Assembly (NCBI GenBank): GCA_002269645.1
Contig: NIVC01004942.1
Coordinates: 1-30,574, forward strand
DNA from: Macrostomum lignano
Lineage: Eukaryota
Reading direction: 5' to 3'
DNA: 30,574 nucleotides
Shown: positions 20,628 to 30,574 of the stretch, in pieces
How the letters are laid out: every line of letters begins with the position of its first letter
Numbering within the stretch: position 1 is the first letter of the stretch
Made by a program: the position numbers and the translations under genes
Notes under the pieces: generated by a model
Database searches by the model: none
What the model saw: only the letters and a program-made list of their open reading frames with translations
Told to the model about the DNA's origin: nothing

Positions 20628-23447
20628 AACCACACGCAGACACACACAGGAATAAATGGCGCAGAGAACACAGCGGGGCTATTCATGAGGAAGTTGTTTC
20701 ACAGATGATGAGGCACCGCAGCGTGCAGTGGCAGGCAGCTCAGTGGGGAAGGAGGAGACTCAGTGAGGCGGAGCGGCAGCCATGAATGCCGGGTGCCATG
20801 AGAGCCGGCAGGGCTGGGGGAATCTGTGGCCATCTGTATCTCTCGCTCACACAAGCGCGGTACAAGCAACACAAAAGAAGAAGTGCAGGCCCGGCTGCGG
20901 CTACGCACGGGGCCGCCGCCGCCACTGCCGCCTTCTCGCGGCTTGTTGGGAAGTTTGAGCTGCTGCGGGTGTTGCTGCTCCCAGAGCTCTGGCAACCCCC
21001 CCCCCGTGCCAGCTGCAATGAGAGCCGCGCAGCTCTGCCCTTCTGCCCATCTCTCCCTCTTTTGCTCTTTTTTACGGTTGCCGGGCGGCTTTCGCTGCAG
21101 CCCCCCCGCCCCCCGAGGCGGCGCGCCATTGATCTGGCGGTTTTGATCGAAGGCGCAGAAAGTCAGCCAGCAGCCCCGCCATCTCCCTCATCAATTATCG
21201 AATATCGATAAAGGTAGCAGCCGCTACCTGCCGTGCCAATTATAAAAATCCCCAGACTTCTGCTCCCAGGAGAAGAGCTGGATGAGCTGACTCTTATTAT
21301 CTGCAGACCAGGGGGTGGGGTTATCATTATCCATTGAGAAGGTGCCGGCAGTCCTGGGGTGCGACGTCCGGCTTTTTTCTGGGAAGAGGGAGGGGAGCTG
21401 CAGCAGCAGGTCACGCGAGGCGGGATTCCAAAAAATCTGCCTTAAAAATCCGGGCCAGTCAGAAGAAGAAATGGGTGACAATAGCGGTCTGTGCCCAGCA
21501 GTCATTGTGCTGCTCAAGTTGGTAGCGTGCGGCCCACTGTGGCAGGGGTCGGGGCTTGAAGAGCCTCCTTGAAGCTGCAGTCAGCCAGCCCTGATCCGCA
21601 AGAAGTTGACCGGCGTGTTTGTCGCACCTGTCAGTCATTAGCGCACCCGCAAACAAAAGCTGTCGGTGTGGGGGGTTGCGGGGCACAAAAAACACACAAA
21701 GCTGGTGTGTGGAAATTGCTGAAGAAGCGGGCAGGCAGGCAGGGCAATGAGGCTAATTAGCTTGTCACCTTTGCCCGCGTGAAAGCGCAGGGGGTTGAGG
21801 GCTTCATTAGCAGTTGGAAAAGCAAGGCTTCAATTAAGCAGATTCTTTTGACATCAAAATATTCGGGATATTTTGAGGGCTGTCTTTTGCGCGAAAAAAT
21901 GCACTACGAAGAGAGATGGAAAAATAGAAATAATAGATGACAAAAAAATACAAACAAAAAACCAACGAAAATGGCCTTTTATTTGGTTTCTCCTTTCACT
22001 GCCTCTTAGTTCATTCACCAAAACTAGAAAAAACTGTGTGAGTCTCTTGCTTTTGCACACGAAGCTTTACAGAAACTCAGGGCAGCGATAAGACTGGAGG
22101 CAGGTTGTACTAAAAATGAGCTGTCAATCTGCTTCCGGATCCCGATTTCCGCAGCGCATTTTTCTAAGAAAAGAACGAGGTTTCCCGATTTCTGCTTAAG
22201 TCGTCCTTGGAAGAAGGCAAGATTTCTTCCACTGTGTCTACCTGGGCCTTCTCGGCCTTCAAAGCGATGCAAATGAAGGCCTCATCAGTGAGAGTTTTAT
22301 GGGATCTTGAAAATGCGGTCGATCAGCCTGCAAGGCGACTGACTCACCGGGCCTATCAATCAGACACGGGTCTGGCTGGCATTACCGGTTGCCAAGGCCG
22401 ACCGTGCTGGCCAGGTTACAGATAGATACAGAATATGAAGTCTCAGGCGTATTTGCATTCATCTTTGAGCAGCTTGGATTACGCAACCGCTCCCTTCCCC
22501 ATCCCCTCCCACCTCAGCGCCTGAAAAGGAGAACAGGGGCAAATCTTTAAAATATCCCCACGGCTCCAGCTGGGGAATTTATCCCCAAATCTTCATATTT
22601 CTTGACGGAAATGTTTCTTTTTAGGCTGGCATGGGAAAATGGGAAAATTCTTTCAGATGTCAATCTGGGGGCGCGAGACGGACAGGCCAGCGAGTTTGAG
22701 CAAATCCAATTCTGCCTGCTCAGGCGGGCCGGCAGGGCGCGAACATTTGATGAGATTCTGCACTGTTTGGGCCGCAAGGATTGTCGCAAAAAATCCCTTT
22801 CCGATTCACAAAACTGCCTGGCTGATGAAGCTGTGCGGAGGCTGGACAATGCGGACCAGAGTGATTCACTTATCCCTCATCAAGTTCAGCCAGAGATTCT
22901 TCATGGGGATCGGGGAAGCGCGTGGGCGAAAAGGTGTTGCCTTGCTGCTCGAGCTCTAATCTGATGCAGGCGGGATGCTGGGCCGTCTGATTGCCATCTC
23001 CTGTCTGCACCCTTTGACCCCTCGGCCATGAAAACTGGGGATTTGGATCCGGGCCGATCTCGAAGGGTCTCCACGGATCCGGGACTCGCGCGCTCATGGA
23101 CGGAGGCGGACCCTCCAGCCCCGCTCACTTAATTAGTTTGCCCCGAGCTGGCTTAGCAACGCGCAGCGGGGGGTCCGAGCCGGGCTGACTTCCCCCCCCC
23201 CCCGGCTATTGCGTAACTCCCGGCCAGCTTTTGAAGCAAATCTGTTTTAATCGGCGCTGGTAAATGTTGCGAGATTGCAGCAGAATTTCTCTGCCTCGAT
23301 TTTCAATGCGCAGCAGAGGCGGATGCAGCCCCCCCCCAGCCAGCCTCCGAGTCCCCCAGGTGTCACTCAGCCAGAGCAATGACTTCACAGCTCAGGTGAC
23401 TTTGCTCTGCTGTCGCTATCTCTCGGCCAGGTGGTTAATGCCGCTCC

Positions 23448-23464
23448 GGATTAGAGGCTAATCC
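23448..23464. promoter_or_regulatory. Inverted pair of K50-homeodomain-type sites GGATTAG-agg-CTAATCC
   Basis: Perfect 7-bp inverted repeat of TAATCC, the established Otx/Pitx/Bicoid-class site. Function is inferred only. Confidence 0.25.
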
Positions 23465-23650
23465 TCGCAATCAGGCGGTGTGCAGGTGGTCTCGAGCCGG
23501 TCGAACCGCGCGTGTGCTCTGCTCTGTTTATTGGGATAATTATTGCCACATAATTGAAGCTTTGATGATGACGCGGCTTCTGGCTGGGAGTTCAAGCAGT
23601 TCAGTTTTTTGTAACAAGGGTTGCGGGCACTCGAAAGGCCTGAGCAGCCC

Positions 23651-24002
23651 CTGACACTCAAAGGTTCTTCCCTGAAACCTAAAGTGTCTTCTGACGCACA
23701 AAGTGTCTCCTCTGACACCCAAAGTGTCTCCCCTGACGCACAAAGTGTCTCCTCTGACGCACAAAGTGTCTCCTCTGACACCCAAAGTGTCTCATCTGAC
23801 ACCCAAAGTGTCTCCTCTGACACCCAAAGTGTCTCATCTGACACCCAAAGTGTCTCCTCTGACACCCAAAGTGTCTCATCTGACACCCAAAGTGTCTCAT
23901 CTGACACCCAAAGTGTCTCCTCTGACACCCAAAGTGTCTCCTCTGACACCCAAAGTGTCTCACCTGACACACAAGTGGCGGCTTGGAGGCCCTGACACCC
24001 AA
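23651..24002. repeat. 21-bp hairpin minisatellite CTGACACCCAAAGTGTCTC(C/A)T, about 15 copies
   Basis: 7-aa periodicity; GACAC-ccaaa-GTGTC stem in each unit; ends about 60 nt before the exon F acceptor. Confidence 0.93.
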
Positions 24003-24059
24003 CTGCTTATTAAAAGTACAAGCCGCCCAGCTTCATCGCCAGCCTCCCCGAACCGCTAG

Positions 24060-24449
24060 GCCGCAACCGGCGCATTCGCTACAGCATCGAGCCGCGCACG
24101 GCCGAGTCCAGCTGCTTCCGCCTCGACCCGTCAGCCGGGCTGCTCAGCCTCGAGTTCCAGAAGCTCGACCGGGAGGCCAACCCGCTTCACCGCATCGTCA
24201 TCGTTGCCAGGGACTGCGGGGAGCCGCCGCTCAGCGCCAGCGTCACCGCCACCCTCAGCCTCATGGACGTCAACGACAACCCGCCCGAGTTCGAGCAGCC
24301 CAGCCCGACGGTCAACCTGTCCGAGGCCGTCCCGGTTGGTCACGTGATCACCCGGCTGCGAGCCACCAGCCGCGACTCCGGCAGGAACGCCGAGATTCGG
24401 TATCGACTGCTGGACTCCGCCGGGCTTTTCAACCTGTCTGAGCTGACCG
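24060..24449 (+). CDS. FAT-like: Fat-like protocadherin, internal exon F
   Basis: Acceptor ccgctag ends at 24059 (phase 1), giving AEDCDIG|RNRRIRYSI, the canonical DxDxGxN..I.Y pattern. Continues KLDREANPLH...ARDCGEPPLS...DVNDNPPEF...RATSRDSGRNAEIRY...LTG. The A-x-SRD...NAEI-x-Y motif resembles FAT1-3 as I recall it (not aligned). Donor G|gtgagt at 24450. Confidence 0.92.
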
Positions 24450-24597
24450 GTGAGTGACAGCTGGGGTGGGGGTCAAATTTGAGTTGGAGAGGGGAACTTG
24501 AGAGAAGAGTAGAAGAGAGAGAAGTAGAGATGCTTAGATAGAGGCAGGGGGCTGTGTGCACCACCGGGGAGAGGCATTGCTGCCCATTCCGCCGACT

Positions 24598-24850
24598 CCC
24601 CTGAGCAGGCACACAAGCGCACGGGTTACGTACGCAGTCACACAGGAGTGCACAGCGGCCCTAACTTTATTTATATCGTTAGGCATGTACACTACACTGT
24701 GCCTTGGGGTTGGCCCTTAAGGTTGTTAATTTCATGAGCAGACCCAAGCCGAGATTCAGATTTTGCCCCAAATTAATGTGACTGTACTGGGAATCGAGCC
24801 TGGGCCGCTGGCGCATCACAGAGCGCCGCACTGGACTATTAGGCTACGGC
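24598..24850 (-). mobile_element. Putative tRNA-derived SINE (His-like head), copy 3, the most complete
   Basis: Minus strand reads GCCGTAGCCTAATAGTCCAGTGCGGCGCTCTGTGATGCGCCAGCGGCCCAGGCTCGATTCCCAG: A-box-like TAGCCTAATAG, anticodon-like stem GGCGC/GCGCC around CTGTGA, B-box-like GGCTCGATTCC (24790-24800). The body is shared with 2896-2991 and 4449-4592. Confidence 0.6.
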
Positions 24851-24852
24851 CT

Positions 24853-25450
24853 GAAGTAGATGTGAGAAGTAGAGATGAGGGAAGTAGAGATGAGAGAAGT
24901 AGAGATGAGAAAAGTAGAGATGAGAGAAGTAGAGATGAGAGAAGTAGAGATGAGAGAAGTAGAGATGAGAGAAGTAGAGATGAGAGAAGTAGAGATGAGA
25001 GAAGTAGAGATGAGAGAAGTAGAGATGAGAGAAGTAGAGATGAGAGAAGTAGAGATGAGAGAAGTAGAGATGAGAGAAGTAGAGATGAGAGAAGTAGAGA
25101 TTAGAGAAGTAGAGATGAGAGAAGTAGAGATGATGGAAGTAGAGATGAGAGAAGTAGAGATGAGAGAAGTAGAGATGAGGAAGTAGAGATGAGAGAAGTA
25201 GAGATGAGAGAAGTAGAGATGAGGAAGTAGAGATGAGAGAAGTAGAGATGAGGGAAGTAGAGATGAGAGAAGTAGAGATGAGAGAAGTAGAGATGAGAGA
25301 AGTAGAGATGAGAGAAGTAGAGATGAGGGAAGTAGAGATGAGGGAAGTAGAGATGAGGGAAGTAGAGATGAGGGAAGTAGAGATGAGGGAAGTAGAGATG
25401 AGAGAAGTAGAGATGAGAGAAGTAGAGATGAGAGAAGTAGAGATAAAGGA
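24853..25450. repeat. 15-bp minisatellite GTAGAGATGAGAGAA, about 40 copies
   Basis: 5-aa period (MREVE); 14-bp deletion variants near 25170-25230. Confidence 0.95.
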
Positions 25451-26443
25451 AGCAGGGCTGTAGAAATGAGAGCCGGATTGCTTCCATCTTGTTAGCATGA
25501 GCCCCAGTCGATAAAATGGGGTTGGCGCTTCAACCTGCGCCAGACTGACAGCCGAAGACAAAAGACAGCAAAGATTTCCACACACTCAGCCCTGACAAGC
25601 CAGCAAGCACTTTTATGACAGCTCATGGAGTTGGGATGCGACCTGCGTGATCCGCTGGCTTCTCCCGGTCGCTACTTTCTGATCGATTGTCAGCGCGGGT
25701 TTCCCGCTGCAGTCCTCGCCAGTTGCTTTCGGATTTCCTGTTCGTTTAGAAAAAGAAGAGCCGGACAGAGTTTCAACAAAGTTCCAGGTCAAGAGGGGCT
25801 GACTGGCGTCTCCTTGGGGAGCTCCCGGCCCATCATTCACGGCCTGCGTGGGCCGAGATGTCAATCTCGCAGCATCCGCCCCGTGCGGCGTGCGCAGTTG
25901 GTCATCCCGGAGCTCCGAGTTATCGCAGCTGCGGCGGTTTGTTCAGACCCGCAGGAATTTATTAGCAGTTAAGAGGGGGAAGGGACGGCGAGGTGAGGAA
26001 AATGCCATCGGTTGTTGAACCAATTTTGGGTCATAAAAAATAGGGGAACTACCTGCTTTCACGGCCTGTTGACACCCGGGCGGCTGGGCGGAGGGCCGGT
26101 TTCCCCGAACAGCTCGCGAGAAAGTGCGTCCCGACCACGGCCGCTGGAAGTTGCCGAGTTTTGCTTGGGCTGGGGGGGGGGTGGCAGTAGCTGGGATAAA
26201 CAGCCAGACGGTCCCAGGGGATTTTCTGGAAAGCAGCGGCACTTCTTGCTGGCGCCTGTGCGGTCCGCTGCCTTTTTGCAACGGTGGATTTTTTATTTAT
26301 TGGAAGCCTTTTATTGCCCATTATCTGCACCGCAGTGGGGGGGGGGCAACTCAGCCAGAGCAATTTGCGGTTCAGCACTTTGTTGGATTTTGCTCGCTTT
26401 TGATTCTATTCATTGCTTGCCTGCCACGGATTCTGCTTCTGCT

Positions 26444-26835
26444 TCTACTCTCAGTGTCTACTCTCAGTGTCTACTCTCAGTGTCTACTCTCAGTGTCTAC
26501 TCTCAGTGTCTACTCTCAGTGTCTACTCTGAGTGTCTGCTCTCAGTGTCTATATTCTCAGTGTCTACTCTCAGTGTCTACTCTCAGTGTCTACTTTCAGT
26601 GTCTACTCTCAGTGTCTACTTTCAGTGTCTACTCTCAGTGTCTACTGTCAGTGTCTATACTCTCAGTGTCTACTTTCAGTGTCTACTCTCAGTGTCTACT
26701 GTCAGTGTCTATACTCTGTGTCTACTTTCAGTGTCTATACTCTCAGTGTCTACTCTCAGTGTCTATATTCTCAGTGTCTACTCTCAGTGTCTGCTCTCAG
26801 CGCTTACTTCAGTCTCTACTCATTGTCTACTGTAA
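26444..26835. repeat. 13-bp minisatellite CTCTCAGTGTCTA with 15-bp variants, about 29 copies
   Basis: Direct reading. Confidence 0.93.
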
Positions 26836-27298
26836 GTCTCTGCTTCTACACTTCCCGTGACTACTCTTAATGTTCATTTCAATCTCCCCATGTCAAGCAA
26901 TTATTTACTTCTTTACCACCTGCATTTGCTAATTACTTTTCACTCGTCTTCAATCCATCTTAAGGTTCGCGGTTTTTTCTCTCTCGGAAGAGGCATTCGC
27001 GAATCAAGGCAGTCGGGAGGCGGGAGCGCCAAGAAAGTTTAAGGGATAATTTTCCCCTATCATTTCGATGGAGAGCGGGGGACACCTGCTGTGCTCGCTG
27101 GGGCCGACACTGCCGTTGCCGGGACGTTGCTGGGGTCCGCGCTCGGCGGGAATTCAGCAGCAAAGCGGCTGAAAGTCGGGCCGCGTGTTGCCTCTGACAA
27201 CAACTGAAAACTGCTGCTGTCTTAGCAGCTTCCCTTGCGGCTCTTGGGCTGAGAGATTCTGCGATTGGATCTTTCTGGTGGCTGTCTGTCGGGTCCGC

Positions 27299-27313
27299 CT
27301 GTGTGCGTGTGTG

Positions 27314-27361
<48 letters not shown>

Positions 27362-27362
27362 G

Positions 27363-27436
<74 letters not shown>

Positions 27437-27437
27437 A

Positions 27438-27506
<69 letters not shown>

Positions 27507-27511
27507 GCCTG
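27299..27511. repeat. Compound microsatellite (GT)n-(GTCT) about 48 units
   Basis: Direct reading; a few point interruptions. Confidence 0.96.
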
Positions 27512-28202
27512 TCGCAGCCCTCGCTGCATAAGAAAAAGATAAGCAAACCGACGCCCCTCTTGATTGCCGGCAGAGAAGAGGAGGGCTGCAAAAAGCCTTC
27601 ACCGTGGGGTACCAGCTTTTTCCTGAATGGGATTCTCGCCAGGCAGCCCAAATCCCAAATATTATTAAAAACTCGCTCTCCACGCTGCAAGAGTGTCGGG
27701 CGAGGCGAGGCAGCAGCCTCCCTTCCCCAGCATCCCAGACTTCTCCATCATCGCCCAGCTGCCAGCTTCATTTTCTGTCTCCTGCGCCGCTCTGCTTGGC
27801 CGAAGCAGCAAATGCAGCAGCACCTGCCAGCGAGCCGCAGCCACTTTAGCGGCCCATCCGGTGCCGCCTCCCCGCCCCCCCCCTGACCAACTTGAATGAC
27901 AGATATGATCAACTGTGTTTGTCAGGTGGGCCGCGGAACTGGCAGCAGCAGCAGAGCCGGGAAAAGCCATTTCTATTCTGGCCGGATGAAAGAGGCAGAA
28001 TTCTTTTTTCTCTACATTTTAGTTGCCATGCGAACTGACCCTCCGACCCCTGGGCCTCATTGTCTGCCGCGAAACAGACCCTCCCCAGGGGAGGCGGGCG
28101 GGCGGCCCAGCAGATCTGCTAAGATCACCTCCCGCCGGCTGTCCATCTTTCATTCTCGCCGTTTCGGCCTCCCTTTTCACCGTGCAGCTTTCAGGGGCGG
28201 CT

Positions 28203-28344
28203 GATCATCGGGTGGGTCATGGGGTGGGTCATGGGGTGGGTCATGGGGTGGGTCATGGGGTGGGTCAACCGGTAAATCATGGGGTGGGTCATCGGGTTGA
28301 TCATCGGGTGGGTCATTGGGTGGGTCATGGGGTGGATCATTGGG
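28203..28344. repeat. 12-bp G-rich repeat GGGGTGGGTCAT, about 11-12 copies
   Basis: Direct reading; GGGG and GGG tracts on the + (sense) strand. Confidence 0.92.
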
Positions 28345-28350
28345 AGACAG

Positions 28351-29727
28351 ACTGAGAGTCTGGCTTGAGAGACAGGATGGGGGAGAGTCTGGCTGAGAGA
28401 CTGGATGGGATAGAGTCTGGCTGAGAGACAGGATGGGGGAGAGTCTGGCTGAGAGACAGGATGGGATAGAGTCTGGCTGAGAGACAGGATGGGGGAGAGT
28501 CTGGCTGAGAGACAGGATGGGGAGAGTCTGGCTGAGAGACAGGATGGGATAGAGTCTGGCTGAGAGACAGGATGGGGGAGAGTCTGGCTGAGAGACAGGA
28601 TGGGGGAGAGTCTGGCTGAGAGACAGGATGGGATAGAGTCTGGCTGAGAGACAGGATGGGGGAGAGTCTGGCTGAGAGACAGGATGGGATAGAGTCTGGC
28701 TGAGAGACTGGATGGGATAGAGTCTGGCTGAGAGACAGGATGGGGGAGAGTCTGGCTGAGAGACAGGATGGGATAGAGTCTGGCTGAGAGACAGGATGGG
28801 ATAGAGTCTGGCTGAGAGAAAGGATGGGGAGAGTCTGGCTGAGAGACAGGATGGGATAGAGTCTGGCTGAGAGACAGGATGGGGGAGAGTCTGGCTGAGA
28901 GACAGGATGGGGAGAGTCTGGCTGAGAGACAGGATGGGATAGAGTCTGGCTGAGAGACAGGATGGGATAGAGTCTGGCTGAGAGACAGGATGGGGAGAGT
29001 CTGTCTGAGAGACAGGATGGGATAGAGTCTGGCTGAGAGACAGGATGGGGGAGAGTCTGGCTGAGAGACAGGATGGGGGAGAGTCTGGCTGAGAGACAGG
29101 ATGGGATAGAGTCTGGCTGAGAGACAGGATGGGGGAGAGTCTGGCTGAGAGACAGGATGGGGGAGAGTCTGGCTGAGAGACAGGATGGGATAGAGTCTGG
29201 CTGAGAGACAGGATGGGGGAGAGTCTGGCTGAGAGACAGGATGGGGGAGAGTCTGGCTGAGAGACAGGATGGGATAGAGTCTGGCTGAGAGACAGGATGG
29301 GGGAGAGTTTGGCTGAGAGACAGGATGGGATAGATTCTGGCTGAGAGACAGGATGGGGGAGAGTCTGGCTGAGAGACAGGATGGGGAGAGTCTGGCTGAG
29401 AGACAGGATGGGGGAGAGTCTGGCTGAGAGACAGGATGGGGGAGAGTCTGGCTGAGAGACAGGATGGGGGAGAGTCTGGCTGAGAGACAGGGTGGGGGAG
29501 AGTCTGGCTGAGAGACAGGATGGGATAGAGTCTGGCTGAGAGACAGGATGGGATAGAGTCTGGCTGAGAGACAGGATGGGGGAGAGTCTGGCTGAGAGAA
29601 AGGATGGGGGAGAGTCTGGCTGAGAGAAAGGATGGGGGAGAGTCTGGCTGAGAGACAGGGTGGGGAGAGTCTGGCTTGAGAGACAGGATGGGGGAGAGTC
29701 TGGCTGAGAGACAGGGTGAGAGTCTGC
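28351..29727. repeat. 27/28-bp minisatellite GAGTCTGGCTGAGAGACAGGATGGG(GGA/ATA), about 49 copies
   Basis: The 28-aa period of ORF 28191..29750 equals 3 x 28 nt. Confidence 0.96.
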
Positions 29728-30574
29728 CTGTGACAGTGAAGTGGAGCCACTGTTTAATAAAATGAACTGACTCTCATTCCCATTAAGCCATAAAACGCAA
29801 GCCCCCGCAGCCCAGGCAGAAGCGGGAAATGGGGATCGCGTCCCCGATCCGGGTCATATTTTTCACACGGAGGCGGCGGAGATTGTGCCAAGGGAGCGGC
29901 ATGAAATCGTCGTCAACTTCTGTGGAATTTTTGCGTTTCAATTCGAAGCCCCCTTGGGGAGGTGGCGAAGGCTGAAGTGCTCGCAGCCTCTCCGAATCCT
30001 CTGACGTGGGTGCTGTTATTGCGACCCGGGAATTCCGGATCCCCCAGCCGTGCCCGCCTTTGTCTCTCTGCGCGCGGCAGCTGGGAACCTTTTCATTGCT
30101 CCCGCGGAAGGGCGGCTCGAAAGCGGACCTTCTTCCCAACAGGCTTGGCGGCTAAAATCCTCCACAGCCAGCCATGCAGCTTCATCGAGCGGAGAATCAA
30201 CTTCTTTGAAGCCGCCTCTTCGTGAGCGAGAGAGCTGCGCCTTTGACCGCAGGCGAGTCCGCTGGGATGAGAGAAGTCGCTGCTCTCAAGTGTTTTTTGG
30301 CCCGAGCGCGAGATGCTGGCTCGAGAAGGTCGGGCTGGAGAGGTCGCGGGTCGCCGCGGCAGACGGGGTCCGAACAAAGGAGAACGGTAGAGAGGCCGAG
30401 AGAGCAAAAAGGCCAAGTGTGGAACGGACAAAGGAGAGGATTAGCCCATTAGGCCGGCTTAATTAGTGCGTGGGAAAATCCTGGTCGCGACTACCGCAGC
30501 GAATTCGATTCAGCTACTTTCAGTAGGAGCTGCCGGTTTTTGACTGAGTTTTAGCTGAATGGATGGCAGCTGAT

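Larger units (their letters stand above)
7096..24059 (+). other. 16,964-bp GT-AG intron between exons E and F
   Basis: Phase-1 donor and phase-1 acceptor rebuild a continuous cadherin motif. No cadherin-like ORF lies between them in the ORF track. Confidence 0.85.

Noticed and set aside
22602-22964. Nested gene in unique intronic islands (e.g. ORFs 22602..22964, 20786..21211, 30050..30466)
   Set aside because: No recognisable domain, no host-like GC3 bias noticed, and lengths are compatible with chance in GC-moderate DNA.
24778-24856. Functional tRNA-His gene
   Set aside because: The acceptor stem does not pair, the anticodon loop has 8 nt and the T-stem has mismatches, so it is treated as a SINE head.
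86-29750. Long ORFs such as 8089..9597, 28191..29750, 19359..20362, 16801..17484, 24839..25585 and 26960..27886
   Set aside because: Their peptide periodicity equals the DNA repeat unit, and several frames or strands are open at once, so they are repeat artefacts.

Overview
Eukaryotic (metazoan) genomic DNA, not prokaryotic. The window holds six internal coding exons of one + strand giant cadherin gene (1536-1657, 2051-2809, 3993-4404, 5216-5640, 6012-7095, 24060-24449). They join through GT-AG introns in consistent phases (1/0/0/1/0/1/1) into about 1064 stop-free codons covering roughly 11 extracellular cadherin (EC) repeats, with motifs typical of the Fat-like (FAT1/2/3, Drosophila kugelei) subfamily. 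The gene starts and ends outside the window. The introns (393, 1183, 811, 371, 16964 and >6100 bp) contain about 20 different micro- and minisatellites (about 11.7 kb, roughly 38% of the window by hand count). They also contain fragments of a putative tRNA-derived SINE family, a disrupted antisense reading frame, and unique segments with homeodomain-type motifs. GC-rich, CpG-rich, Ala/Arg-rich exons plus this repeat load suggest an invertebrate such as the flatworm Macrostomum (inference only). Most long ORFs in the supplied track are translations of tandem repeats. I found no CRISPR array or prokaryotic system. The best leads are: a repeat element close behind every 5' splice site, the SINE family, the telomere-like 11-mer array, mutually complementary intronic arrays, and introns at homologous EC positions.
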